Positions 33,741-46,400 of a stretch of 55,626 nucleotides of DNA are shown piece after piece. Below the pieces are notes generated by a model. The model was not told the DNA's origin, did no database searches, and saw nothing but the letters and a program-made list of their open reading frames with translations. Source of the DNA: Callorhinchus milii (Eukaryota); the NCBI RefSeq assembly GCF_018977255.1, contig NW_024704891.1, positions 62,001 to 117,626 on the forward strand, written 5' to 3'. The position numbers were made by a program, and so were the translations under genes. Numbering within the stretch: position 1 is the stretch's first letter; each line of letters begins with the position of its first letter.

Positions 33741-34389
33741 GTTCATAGGGTGTAAGGAGTTTGGGCAGTTGGGTCTGGGCTAAAACCGCAGAGGCATTTC
33801 AATGCATGGACGGGGCTATGATCATCCACTAAATGGTGGCAATGATCGCCTGGTATATGATGGAGGCTTTGATCACCCGGTGGCTATGATCAACCCATTT
33901 GAGCTATTGACAACGGTGCTTGTATGAAAGACTTTCTACAATAATGGTTGCAATCAGTTTCATCCCATTCTCCAACCATTTCCGCCACCTTCTTTTTATG
34001 TTCCTGTTCCAGATATTTACGGATTGCTCTCGGATCAGGAAAGAGGAATTTGTCTCAGCCATGGTTTCATTTTGGGCAAGTAACGTCATAACTCATATCC
34101 CTGTGTAATGTTATATGTTTTTGTTTTGGATTTTAGTGTTTTGACTTGAATTGTTTTATGATAGTGGATTGGTTCCGTCAAAGTTTGTATACCTTTCTGA
34201 CAAAAGTAAAAATATCTTATTTTGATAAAACTGTTAAATCTACAAACTTAAGCGGTGTTCCTCAAAATTTCTAATTAATAATCTGCATTAATTCACTTAG
34301 GCGAAGTGAAAATAATTTTAGATTTCACATCATTTAAATTAATTTGCACGTAAATTATCTGCCAGTTTCCTCCCTTGCAGTTTACCAGC

Positions 34390-34703
34390 GTAGCTCAATG
34401 GTTAGAGCACTCTCTTTGCAAGGGAGAGACCTGAGTTCAATTCCAGGCAGAGGGCGAAACCTTGGGCAAGTTTCCTTACTCCACACAGAGCCTAATAATA
34501 ATCCCTCCAAAACCAAAAACAATAATAAATTGGTCATTTTCAATCCACGACTGTTTGTGGGACATTGCTGTGCGTAATTGGCTGCCGCGTTCGCCCACAA
34601 TATATACAGTCAATTCACTTTACAGTGTGTTCTGTGAAGCGCTTTGGGACGTCCTGCCGACGTGAAAAGCGCTATATCAAATGCAACGATTATTATTATT
34701 ATT
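34390..34703 (+). mobile_element. Young SINE with an apparent short target-site duplication (TTACCAGC)
   Basis: TTACCAGC at 34382-34389 and again at 34702-34709. Confidence 0.88.
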
Positions 34704-36915
34704 ACCAGCTGATCTTTCATATTGAAGTGCGGAAATATCTGCTCCCCTGTAGCCACCCGAGGTACTGCAGAGTGGAGACAGGCTTTCTTATCTGATTGTA
34801 ATGCTGTCAAAAGCCGACAAGATAGCAGGGCTGGGGATCTCTTAAGTTAACTCTTTATTACTCGAAGCGAACGAAAGTTCTGGGCAGGTAAAGCACAACA
34901 GTACAAACATCGTGCTCTATTTACGAAATGTTTCTAAATATTTACAGTATATTCTACGTTATTTTACAGTATACTCTGTGAAGCACATCGTGATGTCCCG
35001 AAGATTTGATAATGTGCTATATCAAATCCAATGAACATTATGATAATAGGTGGACCAGGCCTATTTTACAGTGACTTTGATTGTTATTCAGAGAGCATTG
35101 ACCTTCACTTGGTGTTCGAATCAAAGTTATTGTCTGTACGGACTAATGAAGGCAAGAAATATTTTGGCGAATATTGCAAACCCATTGACAGCGATCAGGG
35201 TAATGTATACAATGATATGGGGGTGAGCATCACTGCTTACTATATTTTTTTCGTGCAGTTCGTGTTATATATTAATGCATCCCAGAATAAAGAGGGAAGA
35301 TTACAATAAAAAGTCAATTTAATTGTAAGAAGTATCGAGGGCCATGTGAGAACAGTGTTAAATCAAATTAAGCAAACGTTATAACCATTTGAATTCGTGT
35401 TAATTCGCCACTGACCGGTAGAATAGGCCTAATATGTGTTATCAAATATTTGTTCAGATGTGTTAGCTCTGGAGGGTAGACATGTGTGGATGTGAACCCG
35501 ACACACATGTGAGCACGTTGTCGCCTGAGTTTTAAATCTAAAGAGCTTTGATCTACAGTGTTTCAGAGGCCTGTAATTATAGCACAGCAACTCTCGTAAA
35601 TGATCTATTTGCGCTACATATTTTGTTCTTTGCTGCTACATTATTTGAATTATTTGACATATTTCAAGTTGTAATAATAGTGGATTTAGATAACTCGATC
35701 CTATGTGTTAATTTGGCCGCTGTTTACTTCAAGCACGCATCCAGGTCCAGCTGAAAAGCACCAGAAATTCTATGGTGTAGCCCGTGTCGATAAAAATATT
35801 TTTTATCTCTTTGTATGATCTGCCTCTGCAGCTTCCGCTACAGTAGTCCTCGTCCCGCAAACTCCTACCCCTTCACCCCCATCCACCAAAATGATATCCC
35901 CCCAAACCGCGTCTCTTTCTCTCTCTCTCACACAAGCATTATTATTATTATTATTATCACTATTATGCATTATTAAGGACGGAATTTATTTCAAGTTCCA
36001 CATTCAGAACCTTCAACAAAGCATCAGAAACTGCAGGGCGCAGCCTGTGCCAAGTCAAAATAAATTTATGTTAACTCTCCTGATAATCTGTCGCTTTAGC
36101 TTTCGCAGTCAGTCCCACTCTTATTTCTCTGTATTTCTCTCTCGCACACACACACAGACACACACGCGCACATAGATGCACACAAACACACATACTAGAC
36201 TCAAGCAGAAAACCAGCAGCAGCTCAGATGTAATCTGACAGCAGTTGCAAATGTCACTCTTTCAAACCCAAAAAGGCACCACAGAACTTTAGTAATTTAT
36301 AGCTCAGAATAAATTCATTTGGAATACCTGTGATCAAATGATTGTAACACTTGCTCACATGAGGTAGTTCTGGGGGCAGACGTGTCGGCTGTGGACACAA
36401 CACAGATGTCAGAGAAATTGAGCCTCTGAGGTTTAAATTTCACAGTGATTTGATCTCCAGTGTTTGCGATGCAGTTATAGCACACAAACGCTCGGGAAAT
36501 TTATTTTCTGCTCATAACGTTTGTATCATTTATGGTGGATATGGATAAATACCCCCCACCCCCCACCCCGGTCTCTTTCTCTCGCACACTCATGCAAACA
36601 CAGTCGATTTCAAGCAGGAAACACTCAGCCGGATGAGATGTTATCGGATATCAGTTGCCATAGTCACTCTTTACTTCTCAGAGAGGTATCACTGTGTGTG
36701 AAGCGTTTGCAAAACAGAAGAGACATTTGTTGGACGTGTCTTTGAATGTAAAACGTGTTTAGTCCATTTCACCAGCCTTTCCCTGTACCACTGGATGTTA
36801 GTTCTGATTCAAAAAGGAGAGAGAACATTAAAGTGAGTTTATTTCAGAGAGTCTGAAATGAACTATATAAAATATTAAACTGCATTCCCCCTGAAACAGA
36901 CAACCACACAGCAGC

Positions 36916-37612
36916 ACAGACATTGAAGCTCAGAGCCTCAGGAGGCCACGGTTACCCAGGGCAGAGCATAGACATTAGGTCTCAGAGCCTCAGGAGGCCA
37001 CGGGTACTCAGGGCGCAGCACAGACATTGAAGCTCAGAGCCTCAGGAGGCCACGGGTAACCAGGGCAGGGCACAGACATTGGAGCTCAGAGCCTCAGGAG
37101 GCCAAGGTACCCTGGCACAGCACAGACCTTGGAGCTCAGAGCCTCAGGTGGCCACGGCTACCCAGGGCACAGCACAGACATTGGAGCTCAGAGCCTCAGG
37201 AGGCCACGGGTACCAAGGGCAGGACAAAGACATTGGGGCTCAGAACCTCAGGAGGCCACGGGTATCCAGGACAGAGTACAGACATTGGGGCTGAGAGCCT
37301 CAGGAGGCCACGGGTACCCAGGGCAGGACAAAGACATTGGGGCTCAGAACCTCAGGAGGCCACGGGTACCCAGGACAGAGTACAGACATTGGGGCTGAGA
37401 GCCTTAAAAGGCCACGGATACGCAGGACACAGCACAGACATTGGAGCTCAGAGCTTCAGGAAGCCACGCGTACCCAGGGCACAACACAGACATTGAAGCT
37501 CAGAGCTTCAGGAGGCCACGGGTAGAGAGGGCAGAGCACAGACATTGAAGCTCAGAGCCTCAGGAGGCCACGGGTACAGAGCTCAGAGCACAGACATTGG
37601 AGCTCAGAGACT
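36916..37612. repeat. 52-bp minisatellite, about 13 well-conserved copies
   Basis: Unit ACAGACATTGGAGCTCAGAGCCTCAGGAGGCCACGGGTACCCAGGGCAGAGC starts at 36916, 36968, 37020 and so on. Confidence 0.95.
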
Positions 37613-37789
37613 GTGGAGTTGAAGGACAATCAACAACAAAAACTTAGATTTGTGTAGCGCCGTCCAAGCTCAGAGCGCTTTGCAATAAATATTACCGAGG
37701 CGGAGCGAGGGGGAGGGGGAAGGAGGTGAACAAAGGCGCGGCCCTGAATGTAGGATGAGAGGTGGGAGGCTGAGCGGCACGAAGATGCA

Positions 37790-38060
37790 GTGCTAGTGGG
37801 TGACAAGACGCAGGAGGATGAGGCTGCCAGGCGGACATATTTACTCTAGTTGAAAGGAAGTCCATGACCTCCTCGCACTTGGCGTTCGATGCGAAGATTG
37901 TGGAGGCCTGAGGGAGCGAGCGGAGGAGGTAATGTGTAGTGGTAAAAAAGACCTTTAGAGTTGTTTTTTTGTCTCCAGGATGATGTTGGAGAAGAAGGCC
38001 GTTTTCGCACGCGTCAAAGAAAGTCTGTAGCTGTGGAGATGCTCGAGCCACAGTTGGTGG
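37790..38060 (-). mobile_element. L2 ORF2 fragment (between endonuclease and RT)
   Basis: KVFFTTTHYLLRSL..ASNAKCEEVMDFLSTRV resembles L2 xLFSTxNxLL..S..CEExMDFFxxKI. Confidence 0.6.
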
Positions 38061-38117
38061 TGATCTGTCAGGCCAGTTTTTGCCAACTGCGCTCGAGCAG
38101 CCGGGATTGGACAAGCC

Positions 38118-38521
38118 AACATCACTGCCCTCTAATCCACATCATTACCCTCTACCCCATATCATTGCCCTCTACTCCACATCACTGCCCTCTAATCCAC
38201 ATCATTACCCTCTACCCCACATCACTGCCCTCTACTCCATATCACTGCCATCTAACCGACATCGCTACCCTCTACCCCACATCACTGCCTTCTAATCCGC
38301 ATCACTGCACTGTACCCCACATCCTTGCCCTCTAATCCATATCACTGTCCTCCACCCCACATCACTACACTCTAACTCATATAACTACCCTCTAATCCAC
38401 ATCACTACCCTCTAACCCTCATCACTGCCCTCTACCCCACATCACTGCCCTCTATCCCAAATCACTGGCCTCTACCCCACATCACTGGCCTCTACCCAAC
38501 ATCACTGCCCTCTACCCCACA
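38118..38521. repeat. 20-bp minisatellite (CATCACTGCCCTCTAA/CYCCA), about 20 copies
   Basis: Directly visible. Confidence 0.93.
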
Positions 38522-40250
38522 CCTCTTCAGTGATCCAGTTTGTATTTCGTGAGAATCACACCCAATTTCAGGTCACGAACCTGCTAATTCTTCTGCAATC
38601 CATTGTGGTCAGGGACAGACAGATGTAAGTGGTTTGTGTGTTCTGCACTTGAAAACAATGACAAACAACTGGGCGGTTACATGACCATTTGATATTTATT
38701 GAAGTATATTTGATTTTAACTCACCATTTACAATCTGTTTGTTAATTAGATAAACAGTCAAGAGCAGATATCACTCTTGTGACACATGGTGGGAGCTGTC
38801 ATAACATCAATTCTCTTTTGTTTGCTCATGTACTTTTACCATTATTCCCAAAACTAATACTCGCCGTGGTTTACAGAATAAACATAGAACTTTCTGGTTC
38901 CAATACAAGTTTCATCTGAAACTGGATCTATTTTTAACCAACTGACCAATGACTCATTTTAGGAAATAAAATAACATGATTGATATAATTCAACAAAAAT
39001 AACTAAACAAATATGTGCAGATATCTAATAATTTTGTCACAATCAATGTTTTAAAAGGACGAGAAAATAAAAAAATTCGTAAGCGCAGTTGCAGTCTAGA
39101 ATCGTAAGCATAAAACTAAATTCAAAACAAATTAGAAAAGGATAACAAATACAACTATTTTCTGTGTAATATGATAACACTAGCGAAGGCGTCAGTTTAC
39201 TGCAATGTTTAAAATATGCATTATATTCACCCTGAAATGCAAACAAATCATTCTGAAAATCACAGAAGAATGTTTTACACAGAACACACATGGAAACTTG
39301 CTATCACAGAAAGATGTGACACGTGTTCATGTTAATTGCGTTGGTAAGTTGTTGGAACGTGTATATTCATTTTATCCACTGGTTTTCTATCTAAAGATAA
39401 TCAGTAATTATTGGTGATGAAATTTCGGTTGAATGGCTCTGTAAAATAGACAATAAAAGATATTATTTGAAGGAAATAAGTTTATTCTCATCAATAACAT
39501 AATATTGATCCATTTATAACATCCTAAAGTACAGCACATTGGCAATGACAATCTCTGGGGCGGTTACTTGGGTTTCGTTCACCGGCTGCTGTTTGAGAGA
39601 CTGTTTCCAACTGTTTTAGTTAATATTTCTGCCATTTGATACGACATTTATTAAGGAAGAAGGACGTATTACGCTCAAATAGCAGAAGGTGAAATCAGCT
39701 TTTGATTCAGGAAAATAAAATAAAAGTTTTGCGCATAACGTATAGGAACAATAATCTCTGAGTCAAATAAAGAAAATAGTTCCAACAGTTTAGAATAGTA
39801 AATATAAATTAATATTTTAGTCGCATCCAACCATGGATCACATCACTGTGAAGTTTCTGACAGGAAGTTTTTAATTTTAATTCCATCATCAATTGGCGTG
39901 AAAATCTGTGTGGCAGCTGCACATGATCACTGCCATTCTGTCTAATATTCGCCTACAAATATACAGTCAATTCACATTACAGTATGTTCTGTGAAGCGCT
40001 TTGGGACGTCCTCCTGACTTGTAAAGCCCTATGTCAATTTCAAGGATTATTATTAAGTTCGGATTATGATTGATCAGAGTCACTGACTGGTGCTGGTCAA
40101 GTTGTATAACCATTACAATCACCTGTAACTGTGATTACTAGTACACGTGTCACCAGGACGATCATATCAATCATTGGCGGCTTTCTGTGATGTAAGTAAT
40201 GCTGTAAATCATGAAGACCTAAACTCACCTGTTTGATGTGGATGTTGCGA

Positions 40251-40408
40251 TCAGACGGTGCAGAGCTCAGGAGATTCCCTTTGATTCCCAATGGGAAGTT
40301 GTCTGTTCTTCTCGGTGTCATTCTCACAGTCAATATCATCATAATCATAACCACACTGACTGGTGTCAACAGGAAACAGCGGGTCACTGTCTGTGTGGTG
40401 TCCACCGT
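40251..40408 (-). CDS. SRCR receptor last coding exon (DGGHHTDSDPLFPVDTSQCGYDYDDIDCE..CTV*)
   Basis: CTCTCTGCAG acceptor; YDYDDI motif; TGA at 40253-40251. Confidence 0.72.
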
Positions 40409-43400
40409 CTGCAGAGAGAGACATCATTTATTAGTGATTACATTCAGAAAGGTGTCACTGTGTGTCTGTAAGTGTGTGTCTGCGTCTGCATTTGTGTGTC
40501 TGTATATATGTGAGTCTGTGTGTCTATGTGTGTTGTCTCTGTGTTTGCCTGTGTGTGCCTATCTGTCTGTGAGTGTCTGTGTGTTGTGTGTCTCGGTGTG
40601 TGTCTGTCTGTGTGCGCCTGTGTCTGTCTATGATCGTGTATGTGCTGCGTTTGTGTCTGTGTGTACACAGGTATGTTGTGTATGTCTGTGAGTCTCTGCG
40701 TGTGTATCTGTGTGTTTGTGTGTGAGGTAAAAACACCGATTGCGGAGATAACCATCTTGGATTTCTGATTGTGTGTCTTACCTCCATCACTACAATCAGC
40801 ATTTTAAAAAAACTGGAAAGGTTGGGCATTCAAGATGGAATTCCTCCTCACTTGTTAAATTTTAAATAGATTATAAATTTTTAAACGTGCGTTTCAATAA
40901 TTGCTGATAGTGCTGTAAACGATTATTTCCTCCATTGTATCTTGGTTGTTATTAACAAGACGTAGGAACAAGGATATCTGCGTTAATCGGTAAGTCACAG
41001 CACCATTTTATATGTGCAGTTATTGACACTACACAGAGCACCATTCTGTATGTGCAATTATTGGCGTTACAGAGCGCCTCGGAGATGAATTCATCAAACC
41101 GAGAAATATCCATTTCAGATTGCACATCGACCACGAATTATTCTGATTTTAGATATCACAGCGAGGCCAAATATCTCCAGCCGCCCTATTACCAATCCCA
41201 TGGTGCAAACACGTACCAACTCGCCTACACATACAGTCACTACACATTGAAGCCTATCCGAGACGTCCTAACTTGAAAGGCACTGCACAATTGTAATTCT
41301 TGTTGTCCTTCTGCCATTACGTTTCTGTATGGAATGGAAGATTGATGATAATTGCGACTGTGATGATGATTTTCACTCCCAGATGTGTTGCTGATTAAAT
41401 ATCTCCCGCGGTAGGTTAAGACATGACCGTTCGGCTCTTACCCTGACAGAGCGAGGCTTCCTGGACAGTGTGAATGGTCAGTGCGGGGACATCAGGGTGT
41501 GTGTCAGTGACCAGGAGGAGGCCCCGGTCCGCCATCTGGAAGGTTCCGCTCTCAGCGTCGTCGTAATCTTCCTGAAGATGATCTGTCAACAGGGAGTCAG
41601 TCTTATGCACTCAAACATTCAGATGGGAAAAGGAGGCAGATATCATAATATTATACAGCACAAAAGGAGGCCATTCAGTCCATCTATTGAAAGAGCGACC
41701 AAAATTACTCCAACTCTTCCGCGCTCTGCAAATTTGTCTTCCCCAACTATCTATCCATATCCACCCAAATTTGGACAGAATGGTGCTCAAGGTATCTTGT
41801 GCCTGAACGACTGAAAATATTCTCAATTTCTTTTTAGATACTTCATCTGAAGATTAAAGCTTGTTTTACAGCAAAAACTGGATAAATTGGGAGCTCTTTG
41901 GCCTCTGGTTCGGAAGGTTCTGATTGTAATCCACTCGGGGACTAAGATCACACTCTGGATAACACTCCACAGCAGTGCAGTGCATTGAGCTCCGTTTGGA
42001 TGTTTAGCTGGAATTTAAATATTGCAAATCTCAAAAGGGAAATAGTTCTTATACTGGAGGTTTGCCCCACATTCCTCCTGATTACTGTGCATATTTTGCG
42101 CACAAATTGCCTTTCCAGTTCATCAGGTGATACACAATCACTACAAATCACACTAAAGATATGTGAAGTGCTTTGAAACGTCTCGTCGAATTGATCAGAG
42201 GCTGTATCGCACACAATAATTGTTTCACTCACTCACCATTCGGAAGAAACACCTCAGCGTTTCCTTGTTCTGCATTAGATCCATTCACACTCTCCCCAGT
42301 GTAGTACTCCAGTTTACTGATAGAATCGTTGGATCCTGAAACTGTGCAAATAATGACATTACTGTCCCATTACAGAGGTTCTTAGAGCCTAATTCGACTC
42401 CAATATCAAAACGAAGAAAAGTATCAAAAATGAGAGTTTTTTTCCAAAATCGTGGATCACTTTCCATGGATGAAAATATGGTCAACCGCTCATAAATATG
42501 ATGTTGATCAAAAGAATATCTTTAACATACCAGGAGCAAGTTGGTTAAATAATATTAATATGATTTTTGAATACTGCCTCTGTTTAGGCTACAAATGATA
42601 CATTTGACAACATAGTATTATTTTAGATATTCGCTGGACTACAGACACACAATAAGCATCGCTTATATTAATTTCTGTAGGATTCGTTTTGGTGAAGTTA
42701 TAAAACCCACTGTCTATCCGTTATTTTATTGTATATTAAATTAAATAATGTAACTTAATTTAATTGGTAAATGCAGAAATCATCGGTGATAATATTTGGA
42801 AATTGAAAGACCGAACAAATTGAAGTATTGAGTAGGTTTCATCTCTATTAAGTGGGTAAATTGATACAACGCAACTGGATGTGGATTTTTCAGTTCTCTG
42901 AATAAAAGCTTGAAATCCTATCCACAGCGCATTCAATCATTTGCATTTGCCACCAATCGGGATACTAATGCTGATGTTTTTTGTACAATGATGCGGATGC
43001 AATAAACATGATTGTAAAGTATGTACCAGAGGAGTCACCCTCGAAGTTTCTTCTTCTGATCGGCCGATCCTCAATTTCTTCATAAATTGCTTGATACAAA
43101 CGAGCAGATGGATATTTTTCCTCTGTTGGAAGTTGACATGTACAGAAATTAAAATATTAACCTGAAATTGCACAGTGGAGTTTGAAATTGATGTGTAAAT
43201 ATTTGGAACATGTTACGTTAGTATTATTATTTGAAAATATCAATATATCATCGTCACTATTGCCTGATTATTCATCAGTGTACTTGTTTTTGTAAGTGTT
43301 TGTTTCAATCGGTAAATACGACTGTGCATTTGTATTTAGGTACCTGCAAATATCTGCTTAGCTCTATGTGTTGGTGTGTTAATACAACTGTGTATATGTG

Positions 43401-46400
43401 ATGCTTTGGGTATCTACGTTTTTGTGTGAGTTTAACTTATTTAATAATAATCCCTCCAAAACCAAAAACAATAATAAATTGGTCATTTTCAATCCACGAC
43501 TGTTTGTGGGACATTGCTGTGCGCAATTGGCTGCCGCGTTCGCCCACAAATATACAGTCAATTCACTTTACAGTGCGTTCTGTGAAGCGATTTGGGACGT
43601 CCTCCCGACGTGAAAAGCGCTATATCAAATGCAAGGATTATTATTATTATTATTATTACTTATTTTTGTATCCTTTATGAAAAATGTGTTATTGCGCTCC
43701 GTTTATGTTGAGGCCTAATTGTGTCTGGTGGTTTCTTTATGCATCTGTGGTTGTGTTTCAGCTACGCATTTGAACGCAAATGTTTTTAATTTTAGTTTGT
43801 GCAACTTTACAGATACACGTGAACATAGGCAATGAAATCGAGATGCTAAAAACAGACAAGAGTATTAAATTAACAAAAACAGACACGTGCATCAACAGGA
43901 TTTTAGCTGAATTGATAGATAAGCTCCAGCCATTGCTGTGAGATCAGATTCCAGTCTTACCTGTTCCTGAAGAATTACTGTCCATCTGTACAATCAGTGC
44001 AAACAGTACCACCGCTAACAGGATTCCAAGGACGATGCAGACCACGAAAGGTATGTTGATCAACTGGACTTTGCAAGTCAAGGACATAACATTTGTTATT
44101 TTATTGTTGTACAACATGTGGTAGTCACACTTTCGAAACTATAAAGAAAAATGCTTCACACTAAACTGAACGTTATCTGAAGCAAATTATTGCACAGTGA
44201 TATGATGTGTTCCACAGTGTATTCAGAATAATGCCCAAACTATCTGAAAAATTGTCCTGATGCAGCTCTTTGCCTGAAGTTAAACGCCTGATAATTTCTA
44301 AAATGCAGTTATACAGTCTGTTCATTTCTCAAATGTTGACTTCTGAAAGGTTAGTTGACAAATATACTGGTTTGGATATATTAAATTTATTACGAATGAA
44401 TGGCAATACCTGGTGGTAATATCTAGGAAAGCTAAGCAATGTGTCAGCAAGAAGTCAAGTAATTATGTTATTTACCAAAGGATGCGGTTGGGACTGGCGG
44501 TCTTGGAGGTTTACCTGCAACACATCGCAAACACCATAAATCCAGTAACCATTCAATTTCTGGCTTTAAATGAAGTCAGAATTAATCTGCTTTTGTTGAG
44601 AATAATTTAAAAAACCTCAAGTTTGTCGATGAACATTGAGAGATCGGATCCCTACCGGAGCAAACCACACCGGCGTCTTCTTTGTGAACGCAGTCGCTGC
44701 GACCCGCGGATGCGGAGACACAATCCCACAGAAAGGATTCGCTTCCTCTGCAGTGAAGCTCGTCCAGCCATATCTGACCAGCGCCTTGTCCGAACCCCGC
44801 CTGTCCCACAGCCCGCACGGCCGGGCCGCAGTCCAGCTGTCCGCACACCACACCGGCCTCTCGGATATCCCAGGAGTCGTCACACACCGTCCCCCACGTC
44901 TTATTGCTCAGTATCTCAACTCTCCCCGAGCAAATGCTGCTTCCTCCAACCAACCGCATCTCCTGTCCTGATCACACAATATTCATATCATATCTGTTAA
45001 TTATTCACACAATAAACTATGCACTGTTCCATCACAGTATCAAAAACTTTTAACTTGTGAAGCATTATTCATAGGATAAATATAATCGTCCTATAAATAA
45101 TCCTTCAAATAATATTAACGATGAAAATTTGCTCACTCAATCTGCTCATGGACATTATTGCGCGCAATTGACTGCCCAATTTTGCCCACACATATACAGT
45201 CGTTTTACTTTCCTGTATATTCTGTGAAATGGATAGTCATGTCCAGAAGACCTGAACCGCGCATTATCAAATTGAACCATTATTATTAGTAGTAGTATTA
45301 TGCAGTCCATGCGCTTTGCAGAAGATACTATGAAGCCCCTTTAGACATCCTACTGTAATGAATGATTTGATATCAAATGCAAGTGCCTTTCATTCAATTA
45401 TTTTTCATTCAATACCTGATAAATGATGCTGCTCGTCAGGTGACCTCCCAGGGCACTGTTTTGCACGAGCCGTTTTTCTCGTAAATTTCTCTGCATTAAA
45501 CACAGATTTACAAATGAAGTGGTTCCCATTGAAGCACAATAAACATTCGCTCCGAAATTTTAACTGAGGAACATTTCTTTACCTTCACAAACTACGCGCA
45601 CATCGTCCGAATGTTCACAGTCGTGTTCACCCCAAGGTGTCGAAGAACACTGCCATAGGAAGGATTCCTGTGAATTACACTCTACGTCATCCATCCAAAT
45701 AGGTCCAGATGCTTTATCAATTTGGCCATCAATATCAACCTTCAGAGCGTGGCCACAACCTAACTGTTTGCAGATCACCTCAGCGTCTTCGAGTCCCATG
45801 GAGTCGGAGCAAACTGTGCCCCAGGTCCCATTGTAAAACACTTCCACTCTCCCCTCACAGGAATGTTGTCCATTCACCAGCCGCAGTGACTTGTGAGCTG
45901 CGAAGGAATAGTGCTGTTGTTTGACACACGTTTTCGATTTATTTGATCTTAAGTGCTCCCCACCGAGTCAGATTCCGTAATCTGCTCCAAGCAATAACGT
46001 TAAATAAATGCAAGTCTGTCTCGTTCTTGATGTTTTAATTTCATGTGGAGGAGCTCACGTGAAGTACATTGGATAAATCTATTATTAATGCTCGAAAACA
46101 CCGAGGTGTAATTTATAACAATATAGTTGACGTTTCATATAAGAGTAACATATGTTACCCCTTGTGTTTGATTATGAAAAATTACATTGACACATCTGAA
46201 ATACTCCTCAGTCATTACACATTTCAGAGGTGTTACTAACTATTTGACGGAATATCCAGTCAGATTCAGAGGTCAATGTCCCAGAACCAGCTTAAATTGA
46301 ATGATCCTGTTTGATCTGGAGATGAGTTGGACAGTGCACCAGGAGAAACACCATTCCCGTTATCAGCAGTGCTCGTGGTATCTTTCTTGTCACATCAACA

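Noticed and set aside
36916-37612. CRISPR array or repetitive protein (ORFs 37079-37525)
   Set aside because: Head-to-tail 52-bp units with no unique spacers in vertebrate DNA; 52 is not a multiple of 3, so the ORFs cycle through frames.
36916-37612. Array of cryptic RSSs (CACAGAC in each unit)
   Set aside because: No A-rich nonamer at 12 or 23 nt from the heptamer-like sequence.
40233-40691. Plus-strand membrane-protein ORF (152 aa)
   Set aside because: It is the antisense of the last SRCR cytoplasmic exon plus a (TG)n microsatellite that yields Val/Cys runs.
43337-43387. Additional small cytoplasmic exon between the TM and YEEI exons
   Set aside because: The candidate AG..GT interval ends in phase 0 and would break the frame; TM to 43122 already joins in frame.
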